64,000 bases of DNA, taken from the IMG/VR virus record IMGVR_UViG_651703075_000001, positions 1-64,000 of that record; one strand, given 5' to 3'. The notes below the pieces were generated by a model. The model was not told the DNA's origin and made no database searches. It was given only the letters and a program-made list of their open reading frames with translations. The stretch comes from a virus. Its lineage: Duplodnaviria; Heunggongvirae; Uroviricota; Caudoviricetes. Both the position numbers and the translations under genes were made by a program. Position 1 is the stretch's first letter. Every line of letters begins with the position of its first letter. This document shows, piece after piece, positions 36,772-46,077 of the stretch.

Positions 36772-37331
36772 GTGTTCGTCGCCGACCCTGGGAAGAGCTT
36801 CCAGAGGTTTGGAAGACTGAGGCTTCATTCCTGTCCTGGCTGCGAGGAGGTATCCGTCGCGCCATGTGGATGAGGCACCCGGTCAAGCTGGAGTTCATCA
36901 AGAACAACTCTGTGGAGATGGTGAACACCAACCCACGAAGCATGAAGCGGTTCCCAACCGTAAAAGGCGCTCAGTGCTCCAAATGTGGGGAGGTGAAGCG
37001 TGCAGCGGACATGGAAGTCGATCACCGGACAGGGGAGTTCAGCCTTCGATCTATTGAGGACCTACAAAGGTTCATCGAAGGAGTGGTGCTGGTAGGTATG
37101 GACGACCTGGCATGGCTTTGTAAGCCGTGCCATGAAATCAAGACTCACATGGAGCGGCAAGGTTTCCATACCTGGGGAGAAGCCCGAGCTGACAAGGAAG
37201 CCATCGCCATTGGCAAGAAAGGCGTGAGTGTTGTCAAGGCATGGCTGAAAGAGCGAGGGGTAGAGCCTGGCACCACAACAGCTAAGCGTCGGGATCAAAT
37301 CTTCGCTATCCTGAAGGAGGAGTACAAGTGA
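36768..37331 (+). CDS. HNH endonuclease
   Basis: 187 aa; C-x2-C (CSKCG) ... EVDHRTGEF ... C-x2-CH (CKPCHEIKTH) HNH-type metal-binding motif. Confidence 0.55.
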   Translation: MSVRRRPWEELPEVWKTEASFLSWLRGGIRRAMWMRHPVKLEFIKNNSVEMVNTNPRSMKRFPTVKGAQCSKCGEVKRAADMEVDHRTGEFSLRSIEDLQRFIEGVVLVGMDDLAWLCKPCHEIKTHMERQGFHTWGEARADKEAIAIGKKGVSVVKAWLKERGVEPGTTTAKRRDQIFAILKEEYK

Positions 37332-37543
37332 CCCAACGATGCATGTTCCGGCAGGATGATTCCTGCCACTGGTACCTGGTCCCGGAAGCAGAGTGCAGGC
37401 GGTTCGATGAGCTGTGTGCCCTGATCACCGGAGAATTAGAGCCGGACTCGGAAGAGTGGTTTGACGCCATCTGCGAGTTCGACAACAGCTATGGCCACCT
37501 ACGTTGTGGTCACCCGTCCAATTACGTCATCACGGCGCACTAA
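37328..37543 (+). CDS. hypothetical protein
   Basis: 71 aa, GTGA overlap. Confidence 0.4.
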   Translation: MTQRCMFRQDDSCHWYLVPEAECRRFDELCALITGELEPDSEEWFDAICEFDNSYGHLRCGHPSNYVITAH

Positions 37544-37552
37544 GGAGATTTC

Positions 37553-38470
37553 ATGAAACCGTGGCACAATACCGCTCTAGAACTGGCAGCAGCCGGGAAG
37601 TCCTGGCGTCAGATTGCCGTGGAGCTGGGCATGGCCAAGTCCACTGTGAGCGACTTCCTACGAACTCAGAAGATCAACGAGAACAAGCCGATGCCCAAAG
37701 TGCTGATCCTCGACATCGAGACGGCTCCGGCTATCGGCTATTACTGGAGCCGCTGGAAGACTACGGTGGGCCAGAACCAGGTGTTGCAAGAGGGTTATTT
37801 GCTCACCTTCTCGGCCAAGTGGCTGGGCAGCGATGATATCCTGGAGTGCAAGCTTCCGGATTTCGACCTCTACAACACCGAGCCGAAGAATGACCGAGAG
37901 CTTCTCAAGGTCCTGGCAGGCCTGCTGGACGAGGCAGATTTCGTGGTGGCGCACAATGGCCGCAAGTTCGACCTGCCGACGATCAATGCTCACCTGGTGA
38001 AGCACGACATCTTGCCTCCCAGCCCGTACAAGATCATCGACACGTGCGACATTGCCAAGAAGGTGTTCAAATTCCCGAGCAACTCCCTGAAGTCCCTGGC
38101 GATTTTCCTGAAGTGTCAGCACGATAAGCTTGATACTGGCGGTTTCGAGCTGTGGGCGAGAGTCATGGATGGAGACCCCGAGGCTTGGGACCACATGATG
38201 GAGTACAACGTCTTCGACGTGATTGTCCTGGAGGAGGTTTACTTGAAGCTGCGTGCGTGGTATAATACCCACCCGTCGCTCTCTGCGTTGATCCCTCAGA
38301 AGGTCACTCCCCATTGCCCTGTGTGCTGCTCGGACGACTTGCGTCCAACGGGCAAACTGTACTACACCGCAGTGTCGGCCTTCGAGGTTCTCCGCTGCCA
38401 TAGTTGTGGGAAGCACTCCCGCACTCGTCAGAATGTCTTGGACCGGGAACACCTGGTAGTCGGCATCTGA
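37553..38470 (+). CDS. DEDD-family 3'-5' exonuclease (DnaQ/RNase T-like) with N-terminal HTH and C-terminal Zn ribbon
   Basis: 305 aa; HTH-like WRQIAVELGMAKSTVSDFLRTQ; Exo I ILDIETAP, Exo II VAHNGRKFDLP, Exo III YNVFDVIVLEEVY; C-terminal CPVCC...CHSCG. Confidence 0.55.
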   Translation: MKPWHNTALELAAAGKSWRQIAVELGMAKSTVSDFLRTQKINENKPMPKVLILDIETAPAIGYYWSRWKTTVGQNQVLQEGYLLTFSAKWLGSDDILECKLPDFDLYNTEPKNDRELLKVLAGLLDEADFVVAHNGRKFDLPTINAHLVKHDILPPSPYKIIDTCDIAKKVFKFPSNSLKSLAIFLKCQHDKLDTGGFELWARVMDGDPEAWDHMMEYNVFDVIVLEEVYLKLRAWYNTHPSLSALIPQKVTPHCPVCCSDDLRPTGKLYYTAVSAFEVLRCHSCGKHSRTRQNVLDREHLVVGI

Positions 38471-38473
38471 CTC

Positions 38474-38502
38474 AAAGCCCACCTTCGGGTGGGCTCTTTC
38501 AT
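38474..38502 (+). terminator. rho-independent terminator (AGCCCACCTTCGGGTGGGCT + CTTTCAT)
   Basis: GC hairpin with TTCG loop. Confidence 0.6.
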
Positions 38503-38523
38503 ATCTACAAGGAGAATTCACGC

Positions 38524-38748
38524 ATGATCATGAGCGATCTGCTCGACGCCCCAGAGAAGCCCGAAACCACCGAGATGGAAGTGTCCATCGATCAGGAGCT
38601 GGGGGCTGACCTGCTGATGTGGTTGGAAAAGAACTACCCCGACACCCCGATGATCACTGTGTATGTCACTCTGCTGGCTGCCACGCAGATGATTGCCGAA
38701 ACTATGAAGGTGGCCTCCACCTCCCTGGACGAAGGAGTCAAGCTGTGA
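38524..38748 (+). CDS. hypothetical protein
   Basis: 74 aa from ATG with RBS aaggagaa. Confidence 0.45.
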   Translation: MIMSDLLDAPEKPETTEMEVSIDQELGADLLMWLEKNYPDTPMITVYVTLLAATQMIAETMKVASTSLDEGVKL

Positions 38749-39158
38749 AACTGGGACCCTCTGTAATGATCACTGCCAGCGAGTATGTCGCTTCCAAAGA
38801 AGCGGCAGAGATGTTCAAAACTATAGGAAGCCCGCCTGGATGGGTAAACCCTGTAGCCCCTACCGAAGAGGAGGGGGAACACACGGGAGGTTCTTCCAGC
38901 TACTACCAGGTAGAGGTCCGAAACCCCACCTCTGGCGGGGAGCCCTACATAGGGGAGTGCAACGATTTTATCGAAGCACTGGGCATGACCTTCGCCGAAG
39001 CGAACGTGTTCAAGGCAATCTGGCGAAAAGCAGCCGAGCGCACCTTGGGTAAGAAAAAGAAGGGCAACAACGCTGTCTATGACGCCGAGAAGATGGTATT
39101 CTTCTCTCAGCGGGAGCTGATTCAGACCCGTGCCAAAGAAGAAACGAAGAAGGAGTAA
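38745..39158 (+). CDS. hypothetical protein
   Basis: 137 aa from GTG overlapping upstream stop (GTGA) with RBS aaggag; alternative ATG at 38766. Confidence 0.45.
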   Translation: MKLGPSVMITASEYVASKEAAEMFKTIGSPPGWVNPVAPTEEEGEHTGGSSSYYQVEVRNPTSGGEPYIGECNDFIEALGMTFAEANVFKAIWRKAAERTLGKKKKGNNAVYDAEKMVFFSQRELIQTRAKEETKKE

Positions 39159-39161
39159 CCA

Positions 39162-40061
39162 ATGAAAGCGAGCGTGATCGCCAAAAGCATTTCCTACCCA
39201 GGTACATCACAGTTCCCGGTAACAATCACCACCTTCGAGCTGGAGTATCCCCGGTTCATCCACGCCGAGCTGATGACGCACCACGCTCTCTTCAAGAACT
39301 GTGCCTCCAGCCGGGCTATCCCAACCAAGAAGCTCATTGAGCAGGTGCGGAATAACCCAGCTATGCCAGTCCATTGGGGTGCTAACCAGGCCGGCATGCA
39401 AGCTCACAAGGAGCTGTCGAAGCCTCTTCAGGTGGCAGCCAAGTATCTCTGGATCAAAGCTGCCAAGGCCGCCGCTGGGATGGCCCTGGCCATGCACAAG
39501 GTTGGACTGCACAAGCAGATTGTCAACCGGGTGCTTGAGCCTTTCCAGATGATGAAGACGGTAGTGACCGCTACCGAGTGGGAGAACTTCTACTGGCTCC
39601 GTGATCACGAAGACGCCCAGCCGGAGTTCCAGCACCTGGCTCGAATGATGAAGGAGGCCACTGCCGGGGTGGCCCCTGAATTACTGGTCCCTGGTCAATG
39701 GCACGTTCCCTATGTGAAAACAGAGTTCATCCCGGGCATGGGCCGGCAATACTTCGATGAGAACGGGGAGATCATCTCTGTAGAGCAAGCGTTGAAGCTT
39801 TCTGCAAGCTGCTGTGCTCAGACCAGCTACCGGGCCACTGACAAGAGCCAGGACAAGGCTGAAGTGGTCTTCGGCAAGCTGATCAATAGCGAGCCAGTTC
39901 ACGCCAGTCCTACCGAGCACCAGGCCACCCCCATGCATATAGCAGGTGGCTGGGAGAAGGGTGTGACTCACCAGGACCGTGATGGTTGTTACTGGTCCTC
40001 CGGCCTGCGAGGTTGGATTCAGCATCGTCAACTAATTCCGAACAATTGCAAGAAGGGGTAA
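39162..40061 (+). CDS. ThyX-like (flavin-dependent thymidylate synthase fold) protein with divergent active-site motif
   Basis: 299 aa; ELMTHHALFKNCASSRA in place of canonical RHR-x7-S-x-RY, and FYWLRDHEDAQPEFQ resembling the ThyX LR-x-x-x-HAQ-x-EIR motif. Confidence 0.4.
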   Translation: MKASVIAKSISYPGTSQFPVTITTFELEYPRFIHAELMTHHALFKNCASSRAIPTKKLIEQVRNNPAMPVHWGANQAGMQAHKELSKPLQVAAKYLWIKAAKAAAGMALAMHKVGLHKQIVNRVLEPFQMMKTVVTATEWENFYWLRDHEDAQPEFQHLARMMKEATAGVAPELLVPGQWHVPYVKTEFIPGMGRQYFDENGEIISVEQALKLSASCCAQTSYRATDKSQDKAEVVFGKLINSEPVHASPTEHQATPMHIAGGWEKGVTHQDRDGCYWSSGLRGWIQHRQLIPNNCKKG

Positions 40062-40064
40062 ACT

Positions 40065-40439
40065 GTGAGTCAAGGTAAGGTCGAGTTTTCGCTGTCCGTG
40101 TCGGACCTGCGACTGGTAACTGGTTTCAAAGAGGCGTTCGCTGCTTACCAGGCAGGTAACCCCAAGGTCTTGGCAGCCCTGCTGTACCGCAACGGCATGG
40201 ACACCACACAACCCTACGAAGTGGTTCACCGGGAACACCGGAACCTCCGTGGGCAACATATCTCCGGCGAACGTTTCGAAGGCTATGAGCGACTGGACGA
40301 GAGCTGGATCAAGAAGGGGGCACCGAGCGAGGAGGCAATCATCGCCTCTGCCAAGGACGGTAGCCTCCGTGACGAGCTGATCCACATGGGTCGGCGACTA
40401 AACCCTGCACAGGCTATGGTGGATTTCCTGAATGAGTGA
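40065..40439 (+). CDS. hypothetical protein
   Basis: 124 aa, GTG start per ORF track, overlaps NrdA start. Confidence 0.4.
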   Translation: MSQGKVEFSLSVSDLRLVTGFKEAFAAYQAGNPKVLAALLYRNGMDTTQPYEVVHREHRNLRGQHISGERFEGYERLDESWIKKGAPSEEAIIASAKDGSLRDELIHMGRRLNPAQAMVDFLNE

Positions 40440-42288
40440 GAGTGTTCAGCCGTATAACGGCATTCTGATTGATTATTCCCTGGACCGGACGATCCCGGAA
40501 CAAGGATTGGCGATGCTCACCTCGGACGGCTTCTACAAGAAGGAACACGAGACATCGCCTCAACAAACGCTGTCACGAGCAGCGGTGAGCTATTGCTTCG
40601 GTGACTACGATTTTGCTCAGCGGATGTATGGTTATTTCAGCCGGCAGTGGGCAGTGCCTGCAAGCCCGGTACAAACCAACGCCCTGGACATCGAGTGGCC
40701 CAATTTCACCGAAGAGCAGTTTGACGAAGCAGGGGACTGGCTTCAAGAAAACATCGATACCACCGGGATGCCCATCAGTTGCTTCCTATCGATGATCGCG
40801 GACAGCCGTAAAGGCCTCACAACGGCCTCTGGTGAAGCGAAAGAGTTGAGCATGGCTGGTGGTGGGGTAGGCGTCTACGCAGGCATCAGGGCCCCGGATG
40901 AGCTGTCTACGGGCGTCATTGAGCACGCTGGGGACTACGATGTCATGTGCCGGGCTTACCGTCAGACCCGTACTCGTCGTGGCAGCATGGCCATGTACTT
41001 GGACGTGGCTCACCCCGAGTTCCCTGTGTTCCTCCAAATGCGGAACCCGGTAGGCGGTGACCCGAAGCTGAAGCGCTTCAACCTGAACAACGGTGCTAAC
41101 ATCCCGGACGCCTTCATGGAGGCGGTCATCAAGGGTGAGGATTGGGAGTTCGTTGATCCCAAACACGGTAAGACTGGACGTAAGGTTCCGGCACGTGAGC
41201 TATGGGAAGAGATGCTTCAGGTTCGTAAGGACACGGGCGAGCCGTTCATGTTGTTCGTGGACACGGTGAACCGTAACCTACCGGAATGCATCACTCATCC
41301 GCTGTACCGGGTACGACAGAGCAACCTGTGCTCCGAAATCACCCTGTACACCAGCTTCAAGCGTACTGCGGTGTGCTGCCTGTCGAGTGTTAACCTGGGC
41401 ACCTACGATGAGTGGAAGGACGACCCCCTGTTTATCGCAGACATGGTTCGGTTCCTGGACAACGTGCTGGAGTTCTTCATCCGCCTGGCACCTCCGAGCA
41501 TGCACCGGGCCGTACACTCCGCCTCCAAGGAGCGTGCAATCGGCTTGGGAACCATGGGCTTCCATACTCTGCTACAACAGCGTATGATCCCGTTCGAATC
41601 TGGTGGCATGGGTGGCATGCAGCAGCTCAACTACCAGGTTTACAAGCAAATCAAGGAGCAGGCCGTACAGGCCAGCTTGGAGCTGGGACGCTCCCGTGGG
41701 GAGGCTCCGGACTGCCAGGGAAGCGGGCGTCGGAATAGCCATTTGCTGGCGATTGCTCCGAATGCCAACAGCTCCAGCCTGGTCAACGTATCTCCGTCCA
41801 CTGAACCCTGGGCAGGCAACTGCTTCAACGCTCAAGGCCGGGCGGGGAGCTTCCTGATCAAAAACGAATACCTCCGGCGAGAGCTGGAAAAAGTCGGCCT
41901 GGACACCAAGGAAACCTGGCGTTCGATCAACGATGCTGAAGGTTCTTGCCAGCACATCGAAGGTTTGAGCGACGAGGTGAAAGCGGTGTTCAAGACGATC
42001 CGGGAGATTAGCCCAATGTGGTTGATTGAGGCAGCAGCAGGGCGTCAACCCTTCATCTGCCAGTCTCAGTCGGTCAACTTGTACGTTCACCCGGACATCA
42101 CGCTGCAAGAGATGTCGGACATCCACATCTATGCGTGGCACAAGGGGCTGAAGAGCCTCTACTACTGCCGCTCCAAGGCGGCGAAGAGCATGAAGGTTGG
42201 TACCGGGGGCGCTGAGCCTCTGAATGCCCTCCCAGTGCGATACACAATCTCCCTGGACGAGGACACTTGCCTGTCCTGCCAAGGGTAA
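40432..42288 (+). CDS. nrdA: ribonucleotide reductase large (catalytic) subunit
   Basis: 618 aa; catalytic SNLCSEITL motif; C-terminal redox Cys pair CLSCQG. Confidence 0.7.
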   Translation: MSESVQPYNGILIDYSLDRTIPEQGLAMLTSDGFYKKEHETSPQQTLSRAAVSYCFGDYDFAQRMYGYFSRQWAVPASPVQTNALDIEWPNFTEEQFDEAGDWLQENIDTTGMPISCFLSMIADSRKGLTTASGEAKELSMAGGGVGVYAGIRAPDELSTGVIEHAGDYDVMCRAYRQTRTRRGSMAMYLDVAHPEFPVFLQMRNPVGGDPKLKRFNLNNGANIPDAFMEAVIKGEDWEFVDPKHGKTGRKVPARELWEEMLQVRKDTGEPFMLFVDTVNRNLPECITHPLYRVRQSNLCSEITLYTSFKRTAVCCLSSVNLGTYDEWKDDPLFIADMVRFLDNVLEFFIRLAPPSMHRAVHSASKERAIGLGTMGFHTLLQQRMIPFESGGMGGMQQLNYQVYKQIKEQAVQASLELGRSRGEAPDCQGSGRRNSHLLAIAPNANSSSLVNVSPSTEPWAGNCFNAQGRAGSFLIKNEYLRRELEKVGLDTKETWRSINDAEGSCQHIEGLSDEVKAVFKTIREISPMWLIEAAAGRQPFICQSQSVNLYVHPDITLQEMSDIHIYAWHKGLKSLYYCRSKAAKSMKVGTGGAEPLNALPVRYTISLDEDTCLSCQG

Positions 42289-42297
42289 GGAGCACAC

Positions 42298-42663
42298 ATG
42301 GCGTTAACCGTGGAAAACTGTCTGGCGTTGCAGTACAAGTACGTCAACTTCAGTTATCCGATCACGATGAACGAAGACATGATGTTCGTGGTGCCAATTC
42401 CACCATACAACACCTACTTCCTCATCGACGCAATGGACCATTCCTCCACTCACGGAGGTTCCCAACTCAAGCTGCTGATTGCGGGCTGGTTCCTGTTCCC
42501 GCCCACCGCCAGCTATGAGTGGAACATCATGGGCGTTGCGGAGGCTGAAAAAAACGAGCTGTTCATCCCCCATGAGGTGGAAGAGGCAGACATCATCCTC
42601 AACCCGATGCAACCCCCGCCAGAAGGCCAGATGTGGCCGCATGAAATCTGGACTGGGCAGTAA
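42298..42663 (+). CDS. hypothetical protein
   Basis: 121 aa, RBS aaggagcacac, between RNR subunit genes. Confidence 0.45.
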   Translation: MALTVENCLALQYKYVNFSYPITMNEDMMFVVPIPPYNTYFLIDAMDHSSTHGGSQLKLLIAGWFLFPPTASYEWNIMGVAEAEKNELFIPHEVEEADIILNPMQPPPEGQMWPHEIWTGQ

Positions 42664-42667
42664 AACA

Positions 42668-42692
42668 GAGGGGCCTTCGGGCCCCTTCTTTG
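42668..42692 (+). terminator. hairpin terminator (GGGGCCTTCGGGCCCC + TTCTTT)
   Basis: UUCG-loop GC hairpin shared with other terminators here. Confidence 0.55.
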
Positions 42693-42704
42693 AAAGGAGA
42701 GATT

Positions 42705-43724
42705 GTGAGCGTATTTGTTGAAAGCACCAGTTACCGTCCCTTTGTTTACCCTTGGGCAGTCGAGGCAGCTCGGGTCCATGCCATCGATATGCATTGGGAT
42801 GTTCACCAGGCAGACCTGACAGACGACAAGCAGCAGTATTTCAGCACCTCAGGGCTCGGGACCAACCAGGTTCCCCACGAGAACCACAAGTGGCTGCTGG
42901 ACAAAACCCTGTCCATGTTCACCGAGATGGACCGGACAGTCGGCGAGGGCTACACCAAGCTCCTCCCGTACATCAAGAACAATGAGATTCGAAACTGGCT
43001 CATTACTGCCGCCTCCCGTGAGGTGGTTCACCAGCGAGCTTATGCCCTGGCAGCCGAGGAGTTCGGGTTCACCGATGGCGATTGGAAAGCTTTTGCCTCC
43101 TACAAGGAGATGCGAGACAAACTGGAGGTGATGGGAGAGAATCGGATAGACGCAAGCTGGTCCGAGCCCCTCCAGGCCGCTTGCATCCTGGCCCAACTTC
43201 TGACCGGCGAAGGTGTAGGCCTGTTCGGTGCGTTCACTGTGCTGCTGAACATGAAGCGTTGCGGCAAGCTGATCGGGTTCAACGACATCAACCAGTGGAG
43301 CCTGGCGGATGAGACCGACCACGTGGAGAAGAATATCCGCGTCCTGAAAGCCATGCGTAAGGACCTTACCCCGGAAGAGAATGCGATCCTGGACCAGGAA
43401 ATCCGATACCTGATCGAAGACTATCGGGAAGCCGAGGTCAAGTATCTGGTCCTGGCTTTCGAGAAGGGCCCTCAGCATGACCTGACCTTCGAGCAGACTG
43501 TCGAGTACATCGACTACCTGTGCCGCCTGAGGCTCTTCGAATGCGAGCTTCTCAAGGAGCACCAGGTGGGTGAGAACCCGTTGCCCTGGATGGAATGGAT
43601 GATCAACGCCGCCCGACACGACAACTTCTTCGAGAAGAAGGTGACGGACTATAGCCACTCCAAGCTGAGCGGTGATGTGGATTACTCCAAGTACAATTTC
43701 ATGTTGACTAGCCGAGCTGGTTGA
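42705..43724 (+). CDS. nrdB: ribonucleotide reductase small subunit-like (ferritin-like di-iron)
   Basis: 339 aa from GTG with RBS aaaggagag; E-x-x-H motifs (SREVVHQRAY, ADETDHV). Confidence 0.55.
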   Translation: MSVFVESTSYRPFVYPWAVEAARVHAIDMHWDVHQADLTDDKQQYFSTSGLGTNQVPHENHKWLLDKTLSMFTEMDRTVGEGYTKLLPYIKNNEIRNWLITAASREVVHQRAYALAAEEFGFTDGDWKAFASYKEMRDKLEVMGENRIDASWSEPLQAACILAQLLTGEGVGLFGAFTVLLNMKRCGKLIGFNDINQWSLADETDHVEKNIRVLKAMRKDLTPEENAILDQEIRYLIEDYREAEVKYLVLAFEKGPQHDLTFEQTVEYIDYLCRLRLFECELLKEHQVGENPLPWMEWMINAARHDNFFEKKVTDYSHSKLSGDVDYSKYNFMLTSRAG

Positions 43725-43731
43725 CCTATCA

Positions 43732-43769
43732 TAGCCCCCATGAGCTGAAGAGCCGTGGGGGCTTTTTCG
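43732..43769 (+). terminator. rho-independent terminator
   Basis: AGCCCCCATGAGCTGAAGAGCCGTGGGGGCT hairpin + TTTTT. Confidence 0.7.
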
Positions 43770-43784
43770 TACCTGGAGGATTTT

Positions 43785-44267
43785 ATGGCATCTCTTTTCA
43801 TTCTTCGAATCGAAACCGTGTGTGGCAAGGGTATGTATGCCGACGCACTGAGCAGCAAGGTGCAATCCAAGACCCTGGAGGGCCTGGGATACCCTCGGTG
43901 GCAGGCTACTGGCCTCTATATCGATCTTTGCATGTGCTTAGACAAGGAGAAGGAACTTCATCCAGTCCCCGAGGAAGACATCCCCGGGTGGGAAGACCTT
44001 GCCAAGAATGAAAAAGAGATGCTCACTTACTATTTCGGCTTCAGTTCCTGGGAGCAAGCACGAGAGTGGGTAGGCTTGCGTGCTTTCAACGAGATGGGTA
44101 TGCTAGGGGCCAACCTTTGCATTTACGAAATGAAAGAGGAAGATGTCCTGCTGGGAGGGAAACAGGCCGCCTTCAAAATGGGCAACGCTCTCCGGGTATT
44201 GAAGATGCCCATTAACAAGGACATGCAAGATTTGATATGGGAGGAGATTGAAGGGTATGACGACTAA
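43785..44267 (+). CDS. hypothetical protein
   Basis: 160 aa from ATG with RBS ctggagga. Confidence 0.45.
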   Translation: MASLFILRIETVCGKGMYADALSSKVQSKTLEGLGYPRWQATGLYIDLCMCLDKEKELHPVPEEDIPGWEDLAKNEKEMLTYYFGFSSWEQAREWVGLRAFNEMGMLGANLCIYEMKEEDVLLGGKQAAFKMGNALRVLKMPINKDMQDLIWEEIEGYDD

Positions 44268-44520
44268 GCTGCTACGTTTCCAGGCAGAGAGCCCTAAAGG
44301 GGAGAAGATCACATTTTCCTTGAACTGGTGGACAGACGGGAGTACAATCTGGTATCGTATCCAGGCGGATCGGGGAGCTTCCCGGGCTTACACCGACATC
44401 CCTTGCCAGCAGGAGGCCATGAAGGACCTCATGGAGGCTCGGGAGGTGTGGATCAGGGAAGGGTTCCTAGACAAGTTCACCTCATTTACAACGAAAGGAG
44501 GAGTTGGATTCCATGAGTAA
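44257..44520 (+). CDS. hypothetical protein
   Basis: 87 aa. Confidence 0.4.
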   Translation: MTTKLLRFQAESPKGEKITFSLNWWTDGSTIWYRIQADRGASRAYTDIPCQQEAMKDLMEAREVWIREGFLDKFTSFTTKGGVGFHE

Positions 44521-44743
44521 AGAAATCGAAGCGTTTGACGTGGCAGGCCGCCGACTGCATGTGGGCGACCAGGTGGCTATCGCCAGCACCGCAGGGAAGG
44601 CTACTGAGATGGTAGTCACCACTGTGGAAGCTGTCCGGGCGAAGACGGTAATCCTGAAACATCCGACTGCCTGGGGTGCTCAAACCTCTCGGCGTCACTC
44701 GGCTGTGTGCAAGATTCCCGAAATGAATGGAAAGGAGGTGTAA
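44513..44743 (+). CDS. hypothetical protein
   Basis: 76 aa, RBS aaaggaggag. Confidence 0.4.
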   Translation: MSKEIEAFDVAGRRLHVGDQVAIASTAGKATEMVVTTVEAVRAKTVILKHPTAWGAQTSRRHSAVCKIPEMNGKEV

Positions 44744-44744
44744 A

Positions 44745-44978
44745 GTGAACAAGACTATTCGTGCTCAGCTCAACAACCACTACGACCGGCAGGGGCTGAC
44801 GGGCAATCATCGCCGTCTGGCGATGAAGGCTGACCTCCGGCTGGTCAGGGAGCGAACTGACCAGGACATGGCGGAGTGGTTGCAGACGGAAGAAGGCATG
44901 TTCGTGGGTTTGAAGAGCGCCTTTGTGTGGAGTAACACCCCGGAAGGCCATGACTTCTGGCTGGATAAGAACGGCTAA
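44745..44978 (+). CDS. hypothetical protein
   Basis: 77 aa from GTG with RBS aaaggaggtg. Confidence 0.4.
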   Translation: MNKTIRAQLNNHYDRQGLTGNHRRLAMKADLRLVRERTDQDMAEWLQTEEGMFVGLKSAFVWSNTPEGHDFWLDKNG

Positions 44979-44983
44979 AGCTG

Positions 44984-45012
44984 TTGACATTGCTTACAGG
45001 GGCAGGCATACT
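44984..45012 (+). promoter_or_regulatory. sigma70-like promoter TTGACA-N17-CATACT
   Basis: canonical -35 and 17-nt spacer, upstream of 45039 gene. Confidence 0.5.
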
Positions 45013-45038
45013 GTCCCTATTTCAACCGGGAGGTAAAG

Positions 45039-45593
45039 ATGAACGATCAAAACTACGATTTTCATGCAGAGGGGAAATTCCCCGCCCATTGCGACGAACG
45101 GGCTGAACGCTTCTTCTCTCTGGTTTTCGTAGGGAAGAGCGTCAAGGGTGCGGATAAGTACGGCTACACCTACAGTTGGAACTCCCGCCACGCCGACCTT
45201 CAACCTACTTCCACCCTTCAACAGCGCGGGGCCCACTCCTGCTCCTTCTGTGGTCGTGCTGCTCTACCTGTCCAGAACAGAGGGGATCGATTTGCAGGGT
45301 ACGACTACTCCGTCGAGGGGTACACCTGCATCTGCTCCGGCGCCATGGACGAGCTTGACTGGATTGTTCAGGCCCAGAGGATGAAGAAACGTCACCAGGA
45401 GGAAGTGGAAGAGATGTTGCTTCAACGTCCGGTACCTCCAAAAGATGTCCGCCAGGAGCTGACAAAAAATCGTCTGATGAGGTTGCTTTCTGACGTGGAG
45501 AATAGTAACCTTGTCTCCGCAATGAGGCTCCTGGAGATAACCTCCAACCGCCCCTCAGTATGGAACGAAAGCTATGAACACTTGGGCAGCTAA
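45039..45593 (+). CDS. hypothetical protein (Cys-containing)
   Basis: 184 aa, RBS gggaggtaaag. Confidence 0.5.
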   Translation: MNDQNYDFHAEGKFPAHCDERAERFFSLVFVGKSVKGADKYGYTYSWNSRHADLQPTSTLQQRGAHSCSFCGRAALPVQNRGDRFAGYDYSVEGYTCICSGAMDELDWIVQAQRMKKRHQEEVEEMLLQRPVPPKDVRQELTKNRLMRLLSDVENSNLVSAMRLLEITSNRPSVWNESYEHLGS

Positions 45594-45606
45594 ACGCCAG
45601 GAAGAG

Positions 45607-45747
45607 ATGGTAGCCTGCGGGTACTCTTTCAAAAAGCACGAAGATGGGTATTGGGAGTGCCGGGACGAAGAGGGCACCCTCATCGAGACTCACCGCCAAC
45701 TGGGCAAACTGATTTCACTGATGGCCAGCTCCCTGGGCATCGATTAG
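45607..45747 (+). CDS. hypothetical small protein
   Basis: 46 aa, fills the gap between genes, RBS aggaag. Confidence 0.3.
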   Translation: MVACGYSFKKHEDGYWECRDEEGTLIETHRQLGKLISLMASSLGID

Positions 45748-45756
45748 GAGGATTCC

Positions 45757-46077
45757 ATGCAAGACCTGTATAGCCAACACCGTGCCGCTGTCAAGAAACT
45801 CCTCCAAGAGGGGCGAAAGCTGAAGGCGACCTACGTCATGACCCTCTACATGGAGGGTTCCAGCCCGAAGGATGAAGACCCTATGGTAGCCCACCTCACG
45901 TTGGGTAAAACCTATGATGTTATCACAGACGGCCTGTACAAGGATGGTTCCTTCTACGTGGTGGACGATGAGGGCTGGGATCACCTGTTTACCCTGGATA
46001 TCCTGCCCGAAGAAGATGGATGCCCACGGTTCGATGTGTTCGATCACTTTGTGTTTAATGTGGAGGGTCCTCTCTGA
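45757..46077 (+). CDS. hypothetical protein
   Basis: 106 aa, RBS ttaggagga. Confidence 0.5.
   Translation: MQDLYSQHRAAVKKLLQEGRKLKATYVMTLYMEGSSPKDEDPMVAHLTLGKTYDVITDGLYKDGSFYVVDDEGWDHLFTLDILPEEDGCPRFDVFDHFVFNVEGPL

Noticed and set aside
42690-42704. TTG at 42690 as NrdB-like start
   Set aside because: It lies within the upstream terminator hairpin. GTG at 42705 with RBS AAAGGAGAG is preferred.
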